From: Candidatus Latescibacterota bacterium
GTDB taxonomy: Bacteria; Latescibacterota; UBA2968; UBA8231
DNA length: 64,000 bases
Direction of reading: 5' to 3'
Assembly: GCA_965197905.1 (NCBI GenBank)
Contig: CBDAOB010000004.1
Span: 1,504,001-1,568,000 of the forward strand
The position numbers and the translations under genes were made by a program. The notes under the pieces are model-generated. The model made no database searches and was not told the DNA's origin. It saw nothing but the letters and a program-made list of their open reading frames with translations. Shown here piece after piece: positions 1 to 9,369 of the stretch; within the stretch, counting starts at the first letter, position 1, and each line of letters starts with the position of its first letter.

Positions 1-1296
1 TTCGTCATTTCATTCATAATTGCCCTGGGCATCCTGGTGTTCGTCCATGAGTTGGGCCACTTCCTCGTTGCCAAGCGCTTTGGCATTCGGGTTGAACGTT
101 TCTCTCTCGGCTTCCCTCCAAAGGCGATCGGGTTCCAGTGGGGCGAGACCGAGTACTGTCTCTCGTGGATTCCGTTCGGTGGTTACGTCAAGGTCGCCGG
201 CATGGCGGACGTGGGTCAGGAAGAAACCACCGGCGAGCCCTGGGAATTTCCATCCAAGCCGATCTGGGTGCGCATGGCAGTGATCGCCGCTGGCCCGGTT
301 ATGAACTTCCTGTTCGCTTTCGTCGCCTTTCTCGCGCTGCTCTTCTTCTTCGGAATCGACACCTGGGATACCACTGTTGTCGCACCCGAGAAGGATTCGA
401 TAAGCGCTCGTGCCGGCATTGAGAAAGGGGACCGCGTCGTGCGGGTCGGTGACCACGAGGTGTTTAACAGCCACGACTTGCTCAAGGCACTCAACGCCGC
501 CGCCGAGGAAGGCGCGTTTGTGGATGTTGAGCGCAACGGTCGCGGTCATACGGTGGAGTTCCCGCCGCTGCCGTCGGGCAGTTACGGGTTGCGCATCGAA
601 CCCTTACCGAAGGTAGGGGATGTGCGTTCCGGCATGCCGGCGGAATCGATCGGCCTCCAGGAAGGGGACCGAATCGTATCGGTGGCCGGCACCGCGGTTT
701 CGAGCTGGCAGGAGATGAGCACCGAAATCCGCCGCTACCCAGAGCAGAAAATCGAGTTGAAGTGGGATCGCTCCGGTCTGTTGATGAGCTCCAACATCAC
801 ACCGATCGCCCGTCAAGACGGGGACGATACCATCGGTCAAATTGGGATCGGCCTGTATGTGGTTTCCTTGGAGATTCCCTTCGGCGAGTCCGTCGTCTGG
901 GCCACCCAAAAACTGTTTTCCGATTCGTTTATGATCATCGGTTTCCTCGCCGAGCTGTTTCAAGGGGATCGCTCGACGGATGAATTGGGTGGACCCCTGC
1001 GCATTGCGCAATTCGCCGGGGAAAAGGCCGAGCGCGGCGCCAAGGAATTCATCAGCTTTCTCGCGATTCTCAGTGTCCACTTGGGCATTTTGAACCTGTT
1101 GCCCATACCAGTGCTCGATGGCGGTCACCTGGCTTTTCTGACGTTGGAAGGCATCATGCGACGGCCCTTGTCGCTGCGCAAACGCGAGGTTTTCCAACAG
1201 GTAGGATTGCTTCTTCTCCTGGTTATCATGGTTCTGGTCACCTTCAACGATCTCAACCAGATGGTCTTCCCCCACATCGCCGAACTATTCCAATAG
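1..1296 (+). CDS. rseP: RIP metalloprotease RseP (M50, two PDZ domains), 5'-truncated by the window edge
   Basis: Frame is open from base 1 (FVISFIIALGILVFVHELGH). Has HELGH zinc motif, GGYVK, AGPVMN, two PDZ-like repeats and NLLPIPVLDGGH. Confidence 0.95.
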   Translation, partial: FVISFIIALGILVFVHELGHFLVAKRFGIRVERFSLGFPPKAIGFQWGETEYCLSWIPFGGYVKVAGMADVGQEETTGEPWEFPSKPIWVRMAVIAAGPVMNFLFAFVAFLALLFFFGIDTWDTTVVAPEKDSISARAGIEKGDRVVRVGDHEVFNSHDLLKALNAAAEEGAFVDVERNGRGHTVEFPPLPSGSYGLRIEPLPKVGDVRSGMPAESIGLQEGDRIVSVAGTAVSSWQEMSTEIRRYPEQKIELKWDRSGLLMSSNITPIARQDGDDTIGQIGIGLYVVSLEIPFGESVVWATQKLFSDSFMIIGFLAELFQGDRSTDELGGPLRIAQFAGEKAERGAKEFISFLAILSVHLGILNLLPIPVLDGGHLAFLTLEGIMRRPLSLRKREVFQQVGLLLLLVIMVLVTFNDLNQMVFPHIAELFQ

Positions 1297-1298
1297 CG

Positions 1299-2429
1299 TT
1301 GGGTCTGAAGGAAGAGATTCGCGCGCGGGCGCAGGATCTCGGATTCGGCCTCATAGGCTTTGCGCCGGCCGATCCTCTGGAAGGGGCGGAATTCTATGCC
1401 CGCTGGCTCGCCCACGGGTACGCCGGGGAGATGGATTACCTGCGCCGGCACCAGGGTGAGAGAGCTGACCCGGAGCGCCTGGTACCAGGTGCCCGGACGG
1501 TCATTTGCCTGGGATTTAACTATTATCAGCCGACCGCCGAACCCGTCGATCCCCTGCGCGGCCGGATCGCTGCCTATGCCCGCGGCGACGACTATCACGA
1601 CCTTCTGAAAACGCGACTGCGAGAGCTTTGGAAATTTATCTGCGAGCAAACCAACGAGGGTGCGCGGGGCCGGTATTACGTGGATACAGCTCCCGTGTTG
1701 GAGCGCGAGCTGGCGTGCCTTGCCGGCCTGGGTTGGTGGGGGAAAAACACCTGCCTCATCAATAAGCGCGGCGGGTCCCACTTCTTTCTGGCCGAAATCA
1801 TTACCGATCTGAATTTCGAGTACGACACGCCGGCCACCGATCATTGCGGTAGCTGCACCCGCTGCTTAGACGCCTGTCCGACGCAGGCATTTCCACAGCC
1901 TTACGTGCTGGACGCCACCCGCTGTATCTCCTACTTGACCATTGAACTGAAAGGCGGGATACCGCGGCCGCTGCGCGGCGACATGGGGAACTGGATTTTC
2001 GGTTGCGACATCTGTCAGGATGTCTGCCCCTGGAACGCCAAGGCGGAAAGCGCCAGTGAGCCCTCGTTGCGCAGTCGCGCGGAGCTGGACAACCCGCCAC
2101 TGCTGGAGCTCATGGGGCTGGGAACGGACGAATTCAATGCACGCTTCCGGCGCAACCCCGCCAAACGACCCAAACGCCGCGGCATGCTGCGAAATGTGGC
2201 GATCGCGCTGGGGAACGCAGGCCGCCCGGAAGCTATTCCCGCTTTGGAAAAGGCGTTGGGAGATAGCGAAGCGTTGGTGCGCGCCCACGCCGCCTGGGCC
2301 TTGGGGCGCATCGGAGGGAAGCGCGCTCGTCAGACCCTGGAACAAGCGTTGGCGGGGGAAGACGACGACGGGGTTCGGAATGAGATGGAGTGGGCGCTGA
2401 CCGACTCAGGGCAACGGGAGATCGAATAA
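1299..2429 (+). CDS. queG: tRNA epoxyqueuosine(34) reductase
   Basis: YARGDDYH, VDTAPVLER, GKN, CGSCTRCLDACPT, CISYLTIE, GCDICQDVCPWN and C-terminal HEAT repeats. TTG start. Confidence 0.95.
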   Translation: MGLKEEIRARAQDLGFGLIGFAPADPLEGAEFYARWLAHGYAGEMDYLRRHQGERADPERLVPGARTVICLGFNYYQPTAEPVDPLRGRIAAYARGDDYHDLLKTRLRELWKFICEQTNEGARGRYYVDTAPVLERELACLAGLGWWGKNTCLINKRGGSHFFLAEIITDLNFEYDTPATDHCGSCTRCLDACPTQAFPQPYVLDATRCISYLTIELKGGIPRPLRGDMGNWIFGCDICQDVCPWNAKAESASEPSLRSRAELDNPPLLELMGLGTDEFNARFRRNPAKRPKRRGMLRNVAIALGNAGRPEAIPALEKALGDSEALVRAHAAWALGRIGGKRARQTLEQALAGEDDDGVRNEMEWALTDSGQREIE

Positions 2430-3344
2430 GGCCTGGGCGAATTCGGCCGGGTCGAACGCCTGCAGATCGTCCGGTCCTTCTCCCAGCCCCACCAATTTCA
2501 CCGGAACCTCTAGCTCGCGCTTCAGCGCCAGCACGATACCTCCCTTGGCGGTTCCGTCCAGTTTCGTCAGAACCAGCCCGCTCAGCTGCATGGCGGCATG
2601 AAACTCCCGTGCCTGAGCCAGGGCGTTTTGCCCGGTGGTGGCATCCACCACCATGAGGGTCTCGTGGGGTGCGCCCGGTTCCTGTTTGGCCAGTGAGCGA
2701 CCGACCTTTTTGAGTTCCTCCATGAGATTGATCTTGGTGTGCAGACGGCCGGCGGTATCCACGATCAGCACGTCCATCTGGCGCGCCTTGGCGGAAGCCA
2801 AAGCGTCGAACGCCACCGCCGCTGGATCGGCTCCTACCTGAGGTTGCACCAACGCGGCATCGGCTCGTTTCGCCCACACTTCCAGCTGTGGGATGGCCGC
2901 GGCGCGAAAGGTATCACAGGCGGCCAACATGACGCGCCTGCCAGCGTCGGCGTACTGCTTTGCCAGCTTGCCGACCGTAGTCGTCTTGCCGGTGCCGTTG
3001 ACCCCAACAACAAGAATCACGAACGGCTGATGGGGCAGCTGGGTTGCGATGGGCAGAAGGTCGGCGTCAGCCATTCCCTCGCTGATCTGAGCCCGCAACA
3101 CCTTCATCACATCCCCCGCGCCCAGGTTGCCGGCCTCGTCCCGCAGTCGGCGCCGGAGCTCGGCGACGACGGAGGTTGCCGTCTCCAGCCCCACGTCGGC
3201 CTGAATGAGCAGGTCTTCAATATCATCGAGGACCTGGTCGTCGATCGGGATTCCCCCATCCAACACCGCCTTCAACCCCTGGTTCATCGCCTCCCGAGTG
3301 CGGGTGAGTCCGCTGACGACCTTCTCGAAGAAAGGGCCTACCAA
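2406..3344 (-). CDS. ftsY: Signal recognition particle receptor FtsY (NG domain only)
   Basis: GVNGTGKTTT, DTFRAAA, DTAGR and TKLDGTAKGG. Its 3' end overlaps queG convergently by 24 bp. Confidence 0.97.
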   Translation of the reverse strand: MVGPFFEKVVSGLTRTREAMNQGLKAVLDGGIPIDDQVLDDIEDLLIQADVGLETATSVVAELRRRLRDEAGNLGAGDVMKVLRAQISEGMADADLLPIATQLPHQPFVILVVGVNGTGKTTTVGKLAKQYADAGRRVMLAACDTFRAAAIPQLEVWAKRADAALVQPQVGADPAAVAFDALASAKARQMDVLIVDTAGRLHTKINLMEELKKVGRSLAKQEPGAPHETLMVVDATTGQNALAQAREFHAAMQLSGLVLTKLDGTAKGGIVLALKRELEVPVKLVGLGEGPDDLQAFDPAEFAQALFDLPLP

Positions 3345-3392
3345 GGTCTGACTCGAATATCGACATGGATCGCCGCCGACCGCCGCAAGGGA

Positions 3393-4475
3393 TCAGTCAA
3401 CGACACTCTCTTCAACACCGGGGTCGACGATATACAACATCGGCTCCTCTTCCAGCCGGTACTCGCGCGATTCTTCCAGTCGTTTGCCGCGGGGGTCCAC
3501 CAGAATCTCGAGGATCGGTCGCGTGGGGTGCAGCCTGCTAGTGCTGACGACGCGGCCGATCTCGCCGCTGTTTAGCTTCACCAGGCTCCCTAAAGGAAAG
3601 ATGGAAACGATATCCAGCAGTGCCTTGACGAAACGTCGGTCGAATAGGGCGTTTTCGACATCGACGATCTCCTTCAGCGCCTGGTAGATAACCCTGGCCT
3701 TGCGGTCGGCACGGGGGTGCGCCATCGCTTCGTAGGTGTCGGCCAACCCCAGTATGCGCGCAAATTCGTGAATCTGCTCGCCTTTGAGGCGCCGGGGATA
3801 GCCGCTGCCATCGAAACGTTCGTGAACCTGTACTACGATACGGCCGATCCATTTGAAAGACTCGCCGAAGTTTTCGACGATCTCTCGCGAGCGCGTGGGA
3901 TGTGTCCGCAAGGTCTCAAATTGATCGTTCGTGAGCGTGGAACTGGCGGTAATCTCCGGCGGCATCTTTAGCATCCCCACGTCGTGCATGAGGGCACACA
4001 AACCCAGAGCGACGCAACGCCGCTTCTCGTATTCTAATTCCATACCGAGCCGAAGGGCGAGGATCGCCGAATTCGCGCTCCGTGCCGGCACCGATTGATC
4101 GCGCTCGCGCTGGCGCACCGTCTCCGACAGGAGCTGCTCGCCCCGCGCCAGCTGATCAATGGTGCGGGCAATCAGATCCATGATCGCATCGCCATCAGGT
4201 ACAGAATCTGCCGCGGCTGCGGCAAAGATGTCGTGTGCGCCTTCCACGAGCTCGTCGAACAACGCCCTTGCCAAGTCCGCTTCAGAATCTTCGAGGGTTT
4301 CCTGCTCTGGCGCAACGTCGAAGATGGAGGTTTCGATCGATTCGAGGTGGGTTTCCGGTTCGGGTTCGGCGTCCTGCGGCGTCGGTGCCGGAGATTCGTG
4401 GTGCATGTGGTTCGAGGGCGCCGCATTCCCGCGCACCTGTTTCGAGGTGCGCAGCATGGAATTCATCCTAAGCAT
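3393..4475 (-). CDS. HD-GYP domain cyclic di-GMP phosphodiesterase-like protein with acidic N-terminal region
   Basis: HDVGM...HERFDGSGYP...ADTYEAM. Start placed at ATG 4475 overlapping the upstream stop; the ORF-track extension to 4592 lies inside the upstream gene. Confidence 0.85.
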   Translation of the reverse strand: MLRMNSMLRTSKQVRGNAAPSNHMHHESPAPTPQDAEPEPETHLESIETSIFDVAPEQETLEDSEADLARALFDELVEGAHDIFAAAAADSVPDGDAIMDLIARTIDQLARGEQLLSETVRQRERDQSVPARSANSAILALRLGMELEYEKRRCVALGLCALMHDVGMLKMPPEITASSTLTNDQFETLRTHPTRSREIVENFGESFKWIGRIVVQVHERFDGSGYPRRLKGEQIHEFARILGLADTYEAMAHPRADRKARVIYQALKEIVDVENALFDRRFVKALLDIVSIFPLGSLVKLNSGEIGRVVSTSRLHPTRPILEILVDPRGKRLEESREYRLEEEPMLYIVDPGVEESVVD

Positions 4476-5274
4476 AACTGCTTTCAGCGCGGATGAGACG
4501 CTCCATCCAGTCCGGGTCGATCGATGGTAGCTTGCGGCTGCTTCCGATAACCAGAGAGATGTCGCAGATATTGTTGATCTTGCGCGGCACACCGCCGGAG
4601 TAGCGGTGAATCAGCTGCACCGCTCCTTCGGTGAACACCGGTTCCTCGCGGCCGGCGACCTGGAGGCGGTATCCGACGTATTCGTTAACTTCGTCAACGG
4701 TCAGCGGTTTGAGGGTTCCACGCGCGGCGATACGCTGGTCCAGGGCAGCAAACTCCCCCAGCCGCTGGGCCATAGGGTTCTGTCCTACCATCAGCAAGGT
4801 AACCAGGAAGGCATCGTCCAACTGGAAGTTCAACAATAACCGGATCTCCTCGAGGATCTCCTGGTCTTGCAGCAGGTGACCTTCCTCGATCAGAACCAGG
4901 GTGATCTTGTTTGCGGAGTAGTTTTCGTACAACAGCTCGTGAACGCGGTGCAGCACAGCCGAGCGATCGGATGAGCCCGCCTCTTCTCCCATCTGATATA
5001 GCAGTTCACGGAGAAATTCGTCCGCGTTCCGAGCCGGAGTGGTCACGAAAGCGACCTCAAGTCGATCCGCCTCGAACTCCTGCACGAGGGCCCGAGCCAT
5101 GATCGTTTTCCCACACCCCGTGGCGCCGGTGAGCATGGCGGCTCCACGGTTGCTCTCCATGGCGTAAAACAGGCGCGCGAACACCTCGGCCCCGTCCGCG
5201 GATTGGAATAGAAATCTGGGATCGGGGGTATTTTCGAACGGTTTTTCCTTCAGTCCCCAGTATTCCTGGTACAA
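4468..5274 (-). CDS. ExeA/MshM-family AAA+ ATPase
   Basis: YxxYWGLKEKPFENTPDPRF N-terminus, Walker A GATGCGKT, LMVGQ and SGGVPRKINNICD. Likely TTG start at 5274 after GAAGGGG. Confidence 0.88.
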   Translation of the reverse strand: MYQEYWGLKEKPFENTPDPRFLFQSADGAEVFARLFYAMESNRGAAMLTGATGCGKTIMARALVQEFEADRLEVAFVTTPARNADEFLRELLYQMGEEAGSSDRSAVLHRVHELLYENYSANKITLVLIEEGHLLQDQEILEEIRLLLNFQLDDAFLVTLLMVGQNPMAQRLGEFAALDQRIAARGTLKPLTVDEVNEYVGYRLQVAGREEPVFTEGAVQLIHRYSGGVPRKINNICDISLVIGSSRKLPSIDPDWMERLIRAESSYA

Positions 5275-5378
5275 TTCGGCGTGGACCCCTTCGACAACTT
5301 GCTTGCGACCGGCGTAAGCAGTTTTGGCATATTGACGGGTGGTTTGCTCTTTTGGTTTGCTCTTTTTCGGGTGTAGCA

Positions 5379-5407
5379 TATTTAGCTGTGAGAGGCACTT
5401 TTGTCAA
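5379..5407 (-). promoter_or_regulatory. Putative sigma70 promoter for the ExeA/HD-GYP/ftsY genes
   Basis: Minus strand reads TTGACA-N17-TAAATA. Confidence 0.5.
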
Positions 5408-5486
5408 GGGTGGTCGCGTCGCCTCCGCATCCCTGAAAGTTTCCTTTTTTCAAGAGGTTATGCGTTATTGGAGGGACCTCAAATCC

Positions 5487-5515
5487 TTGACTTTTGAGGC
5501 GCTCCGACCTATATT
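5487..5515 (+). promoter_or_regulatory. Putative sigma70 promoter for the S55 protease/rib gene string
   Basis: TTGACT-N17-TATATT upstream of the AGGGAG RBS and TTG at 5549. Confidence 0.65.
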
Positions 5516-5548
5516 CACCAGTTTCCACAATTAGGGAGATATACCTCA

Positions 5549-7318
5549 TTGCAGCAGAGTATCTTGCGTCACGTCATCTGGCTATTGATTGCGGTGTGCG
5601 GCGCCGAAGGGGCGTCACCCCAGGGCCAGTTCCATCCGGTTGTGACGCTGGAGCGCGGCATGCGGGGGGTCGGCAAGACGGTCTTCCAGGGCACCGCGAT
5701 CGATACCTTCGGGGTCGAAATCCTGGGGGTGGCTTACAACGGGCTGGGACCGAAAAGAGACCTCATATTGGCGCGGCTTTCTGGCGGCCCACTGGAGGAG
5801 ACCGGCATCATCGCCGGCATGAGCGGCAGTCCGGTCTATATCGACGGGCGCTTGGTGGGCGCCGTGGCCTACGGCTGGGCCTTCTCCAAGACTCCGATCT
5901 GTGGCATCACGCCCATTGGTGAGATGCTTGAGGTGATGGCACGGCCGTTGGACGCCGGTCCAAAGATGACGACGCCGCAAATGGATGCTCGCGGGACGGG
6001 CCCGAGCCAGCGCTCGAACACCGCGATCTTCACCACCGCCGGCCTGCACGCCGAACATCTAGCGCCGCTGGCTACACCCGTCAGTCTGAGCGGTTTGACG
6101 CCGGCCGCTGCCGCCGTCCTGGGTGAGGTCCTGGCGCCGTACGGCCTGGCGGTGCAGACGGCACCGGGAGGAACGAGTACCGATTCGAGCCAGGTGCCCG
6201 AACCTGGCTCGGCGTTGGGCGTGCAGTTCATTGCCGGAGACATGAGCGCCACGGGCATCGGCACCGTGACCTACGTGGAAGACAACCGCGTCGTCGCTTT
6301 CGGGCATCGCCTCGGACTGGCCGGCGCAATTGAAATGCCCATGACCAGCGCCTTCATCCACGAGGTCATTCCCAACCAAATCGTTTCCTTCAAGCTGGGC
6401 GCCGCCGCCCAGCGGATCGGCGCCGTCCGACAAGATCGCGCGGCGGCGATCGCCGGTTTGGTCGGCTCGGCTCCCGCCATGCTTCCGGTCACGGTGAGCG
6501 TTTCGTCATCCCAGCAAAGCCGCAGATTCTCCTTCGAGTTATTGCGCCACCGGGAATTGACCTCCCGCCTGGCCGGCGCAGTACTGATTGGCAGCCTTGG
6601 AGCCGCCGAGAAGCTGGCCGGAGACGCGACGCTGGATCTGGCGGGCACCGTGCTTCTTGGCGGTGGAGAGCAATTGAAATGGAGTCAGATCTTCGGCGGC
6701 CCCGGGGCGATCTTGAGGGCGGCGCGTACCGCGGCGGTGCCGCTTGGTCGGCTAACCCGGAGCGAGGTGGCCGACGTCGAGCTCGACTCCGTCCACTTCG
6801 CGGTCAAGTTGCGGGAGCAGGTGCAGACGGCAACCATCGATCGGCTTCGGGTCCCACAAGCCGCACTCCGAGCCGGTCAGTCTTTCCAGCTGGAGGTTAT
6901 ATTGCAACCGTATCGGGGTGACCGCGAACGGGTGCGTTTCGAAATGGAAGTGCCGCCAGGGTTGACTCCGGGTCCGATGCGACTGCGGGTGGGAGGGGGC
7001 GAAGCGAGTCGAGGCTGGGAGCAGAAACGTCGGCCTGATGCGATCACGCCGCGCAATCTGTCGCAGCTGTTGCGCGAACTTGGAGCGGTTGAGCGGAATG
7101 ACGACCTGGTGGTGGAGCTCTACCGCGACGACGCCAGCGTGAGTGTCGATGGCCGCGAGCTCCCAGGTTTACCGCCCTCGGTACGCCGCGTGCTCGACGA
7201 CGCGAGCTCTACAGGATATGTGGGGCCGGTGTTCGGCCGCGTGTTGAAGCGCGAGGTCAGACGCACCGACTACGTCCTGCAGGGGGACCAAAAGCTCGAG
7301 TTGGAGGTGATTCAGTGA
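5549..7318 (+). CDS. Secreted SpoIVB-type peptidase S55 domain protein (no PDZ domain)
   Basis: Signal peptide, IIAGMSGSPVYIDGRLVGAVAYG and GIGTVTYVEDNRVVAFGH. Confidence 0.85.
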   Translation: MQQSILRHVIWLLIAVCGAEGASPQGQFHPVVTLERGMRGVGKTVFQGTAIDTFGVEILGVAYNGLGPKRDLILARLSGGPLEETGIIAGMSGSPVYIDGRLVGAVAYGWAFSKTPICGITPIGEMLEVMARPLDAGPKMTTPQMDARGTGPSQRSNTAIFTTAGLHAEHLAPLATPVSLSGLTPAAAAVLGEVLAPYGLAVQTAPGGTSTDSSQVPEPGSALGVQFIAGDMSATGIGTVTYVEDNRVVAFGHRLGLAGAIEMPMTSAFIHEVIPNQIVSFKLGAAAQRIGAVRQDRAAAIAGLVGSAPAMLPVTVSVSSSQQSRRFSFELLRHRELTSRLAGAVLIGSLGAAEKLAGDATLDLAGTVLLGGGEQLKWSQIFGGPGAILRAARTAAVPLGRLTRSEVADVELDSVHFAVKLREQVQTATIDRLRVPQAALRAGQSFQLEVILQPYRGDRERVRFEMEVPPGLTPGPMRLRVGGGEASRGWEQKRRPDAITPRNLSQLLRELGAVERNDDLVVELYRDDASVSVDGRELPGLPPSVRRVLDDASSTGYVGPVFGRVLKREVRRTDYVLQGDQKLELEVIQ

Positions 7319-9369
7319 TCGGGTCGGAAAAATGGCGCCGCCTGCTGCCTCACGCGGCGATCCTTGTCCTTATCCTGGCAACCGCTGCCGAGATCGGGGC
7401 TGCGCGGCCGCGAACCTGGCGCCAGGAGTCGTTTGCCGCTTTTGCCGCGGGGAAAGCGGACGGCGTGTCGATTGCACACGACGGCACCTTGCAATTGGCC
7501 CCCAAACTCGATGAAGTCGTAGTCCTCGACGCGGAGCGGGTGTGGTCTTTCGCAGCAGATGTGGGTGGTGCGAACTACGTAGGCACCGGGGACAGTGGGC
7601 AGATCTTCAAGGTCGATGCCGCGGGCAACGCCGTGCTCGTCTTCGACTCCATGGAAGTCTCGATCCACGCCCTGGTGGCGGACGCGGGCGGTCATTTGTA
7701 TGCGGGAACCGCTCCCGACGGCTTGATCTACCGAATCTCCCCCGCCGGCGAGGCCACCACCTTGGCCGCCACTCGCGCCCATTATGTTTGGGATCTGGAG
7801 CTTGGTAGCGACGGTGAGCTCTTTGCCGCCACGGGCGAACCCGCCGCGATTCTGCAGATCGACCGCGCCGGTAACGTCGATACCCTGGTACAAATGCAGG
7901 ATCGGCACGTCATGGCGCTGGCGTGGGTGGAAAAGCGGCTCTACGCCGCTACGTCGCAGAAGGGTCGCATCTACGAGATCGAAAAAGGGCACCGCCCGAG
8001 GTTGCTCTACGAGGCCGTTCAAGAGGAGATCCATAGCCTGGTCTCGGGTGCCGGCGGAAACCTGTTTGCGACCATGGTGACCGGCACGGAGGAGAGCGAA
8101 ACCTCAGGAGCCACGACAGCTGTGCTGCGGTTTCATCCTCTTACCGGAGGACGAGTCGTATGGAGCGCTCAGGAAGGGCAAGCACTCGGAATCGTCAGTG
8201 AATCCGCTGAGCGACTGCTGTTCTCGGTCACCGAACCGCCGAGAATATTCCTGCTGGATCGAGACGACCGCATCTCGACCCTGATCGATCTCGAGGGGGA
8301 AAGTCCCAGTCGCCTGGCGCGGACCAGAAGCGGTGAGATCCTGATCGGCATGTCGCAGTCGGGCGCCGTCCAACGTTTGAACCAGTCCCCGCGGCACAGC
8401 GGACAATTCGAATCTAATGCTCACGACTTCGGCGGGCACTCGCACTGGGGCCGCATCTATTGGCAGGGGACGGTCCCTGAACAAACCGACATCCAACTTC
8501 AGACCCGATCCGGCAACAGCGCCGAGCCCGATGATACCTGGGGCGACTGGTCGAAAGCACTAGACGTCAGCGGTCAACCCGTGGCGAGCGCCCCAGCACG
8601 TTATCTGCAGTACCGGGCGACCTTGAGGTCTTCCGATCCCGCTCGGACGCCCATACTCCACAAGGTGGAGGTGTGGGCGCGCCAAGCTAACCTGAGGCCG
8701 GAGATCACCGATTTGCAGACGTATCCCCGGCGGATGGGGGAGAACATCGCCAAGAGCGGCGGCGAGAACGCCGTCAACGGCAAGATTGCCAGCAACAATA
8801 ACGCCCGTCGCAATCTGCCTCAACGCAAGAGCTTGCGCGTGGTTCGCTGGCAGGCAAAAGACCCCAACGGGGACGATCTGAGTTACGACGTGTACCTGCG
8901 CAGCCTCGATCAGCAGGAGTGGAAGCTGGCGCAGGAGGATATACCGCGGAATTCCATCTTGTGGGATACCGAAACCATGCCGGAGGGTATGACGCTGTTG
9001 AAGCTGGTTGCTTCCGACAGGCCGGACAACGGGGAGGGGGAAACCCTGAGTGCGGAGCGGGTAGCGGGACCGTTTGCTATCGATAACTCGCCGCCCGAGA
9101 TCACCGCCAAAGCGAAGGTGGACAGGGACGTCGTCGTGGACCTGACCTTGCAGGATCGGATCTCACCCGTCCGCAAAGTGCAGTATTCGGTGGATTATTT
9201 GGATCAAATTCGCCAGGTGTCGCCGCTGGATGGCGTTTTCGACAGCACCGAAGAGCGCGCCCGCTTTACGGTGAGCGACCTGGCACCCGGTGAACACGTA
9301 ATCGCCATCCAGGCTTGGGACACATTGGACAACGTCGGGACGCAGCAGATCGTCGTACAGGTAAAGTGA
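7315..9369 (+). CDS. Secreted beta-propeller protein with C-terminal Ig/FN3-like domains
   Basis: Signal peptide, repeated blades (LYAGT/LFAAT/LYAAT...G.IY.I), TRSGN..PDDTW.DWS...ARYLQYR module and W.AKDPNGDDLSY. GTGA overlap with the S55 gene. Confidence 0.75.
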   Translation: MIGSEKWRRLLPHAAILVLILATAAEIGAARPRTWRQESFAAFAAGKADGVSIAHDGTLQLAPKLDEVVVLDAERVWSFAADVGGANYVGTGDSGQIFKVDAAGNAVLVFDSMEVSIHALVADAGGHLYAGTAPDGLIYRISPAGEATTLAATRAHYVWDLELGSDGELFAATGEPAAILQIDRAGNVDTLVQMQDRHVMALAWVEKRLYAATSQKGRIYEIEKGHRPRLLYEAVQEEIHSLVSGAGGNLFATMVTGTEESETSGATTAVLRFHPLTGGRVVWSAQEGQALGIVSESAERLLFSVTEPPRIFLLDRDDRISTLIDLEGESPSRLARTRSGEILIGMSQSGAVQRLNQSPRHSGQFESNAHDFGGHSHWGRIYWQGTVPEQTDIQLQTRSGNSAEPDDTWGDWSKALDVSGQPVASAPARYLQYRATLRSSDPARTPILHKVEVWARQANLRPEITDLQTYPRRMGENIAKSGGENAVNGKIASNNNARRNLPQRKSLRVVRWQAKDPNGDDLSYDVYLRSLDQQEWKLAQEDIPRNSILWDTETMPEGMTLLKLVASDRPDNGEGETLSAERVAGPFAIDNSPPEITAKAKVDRDVVVDLTLQDRISPVRKVQYSVDYLDQIRQVSPLDGVFDSTEERARFTVSDLAPGEHVIAIQAWDTLDNVGTQQIVVQVK

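Noticed and set aside
5380..9366. FMN riboswitch upstream of the rib genes
   Set aside because: ribD overlaps the preceding CDS, and no RFN consensus is visible in the 5380-5548 intergenic region.
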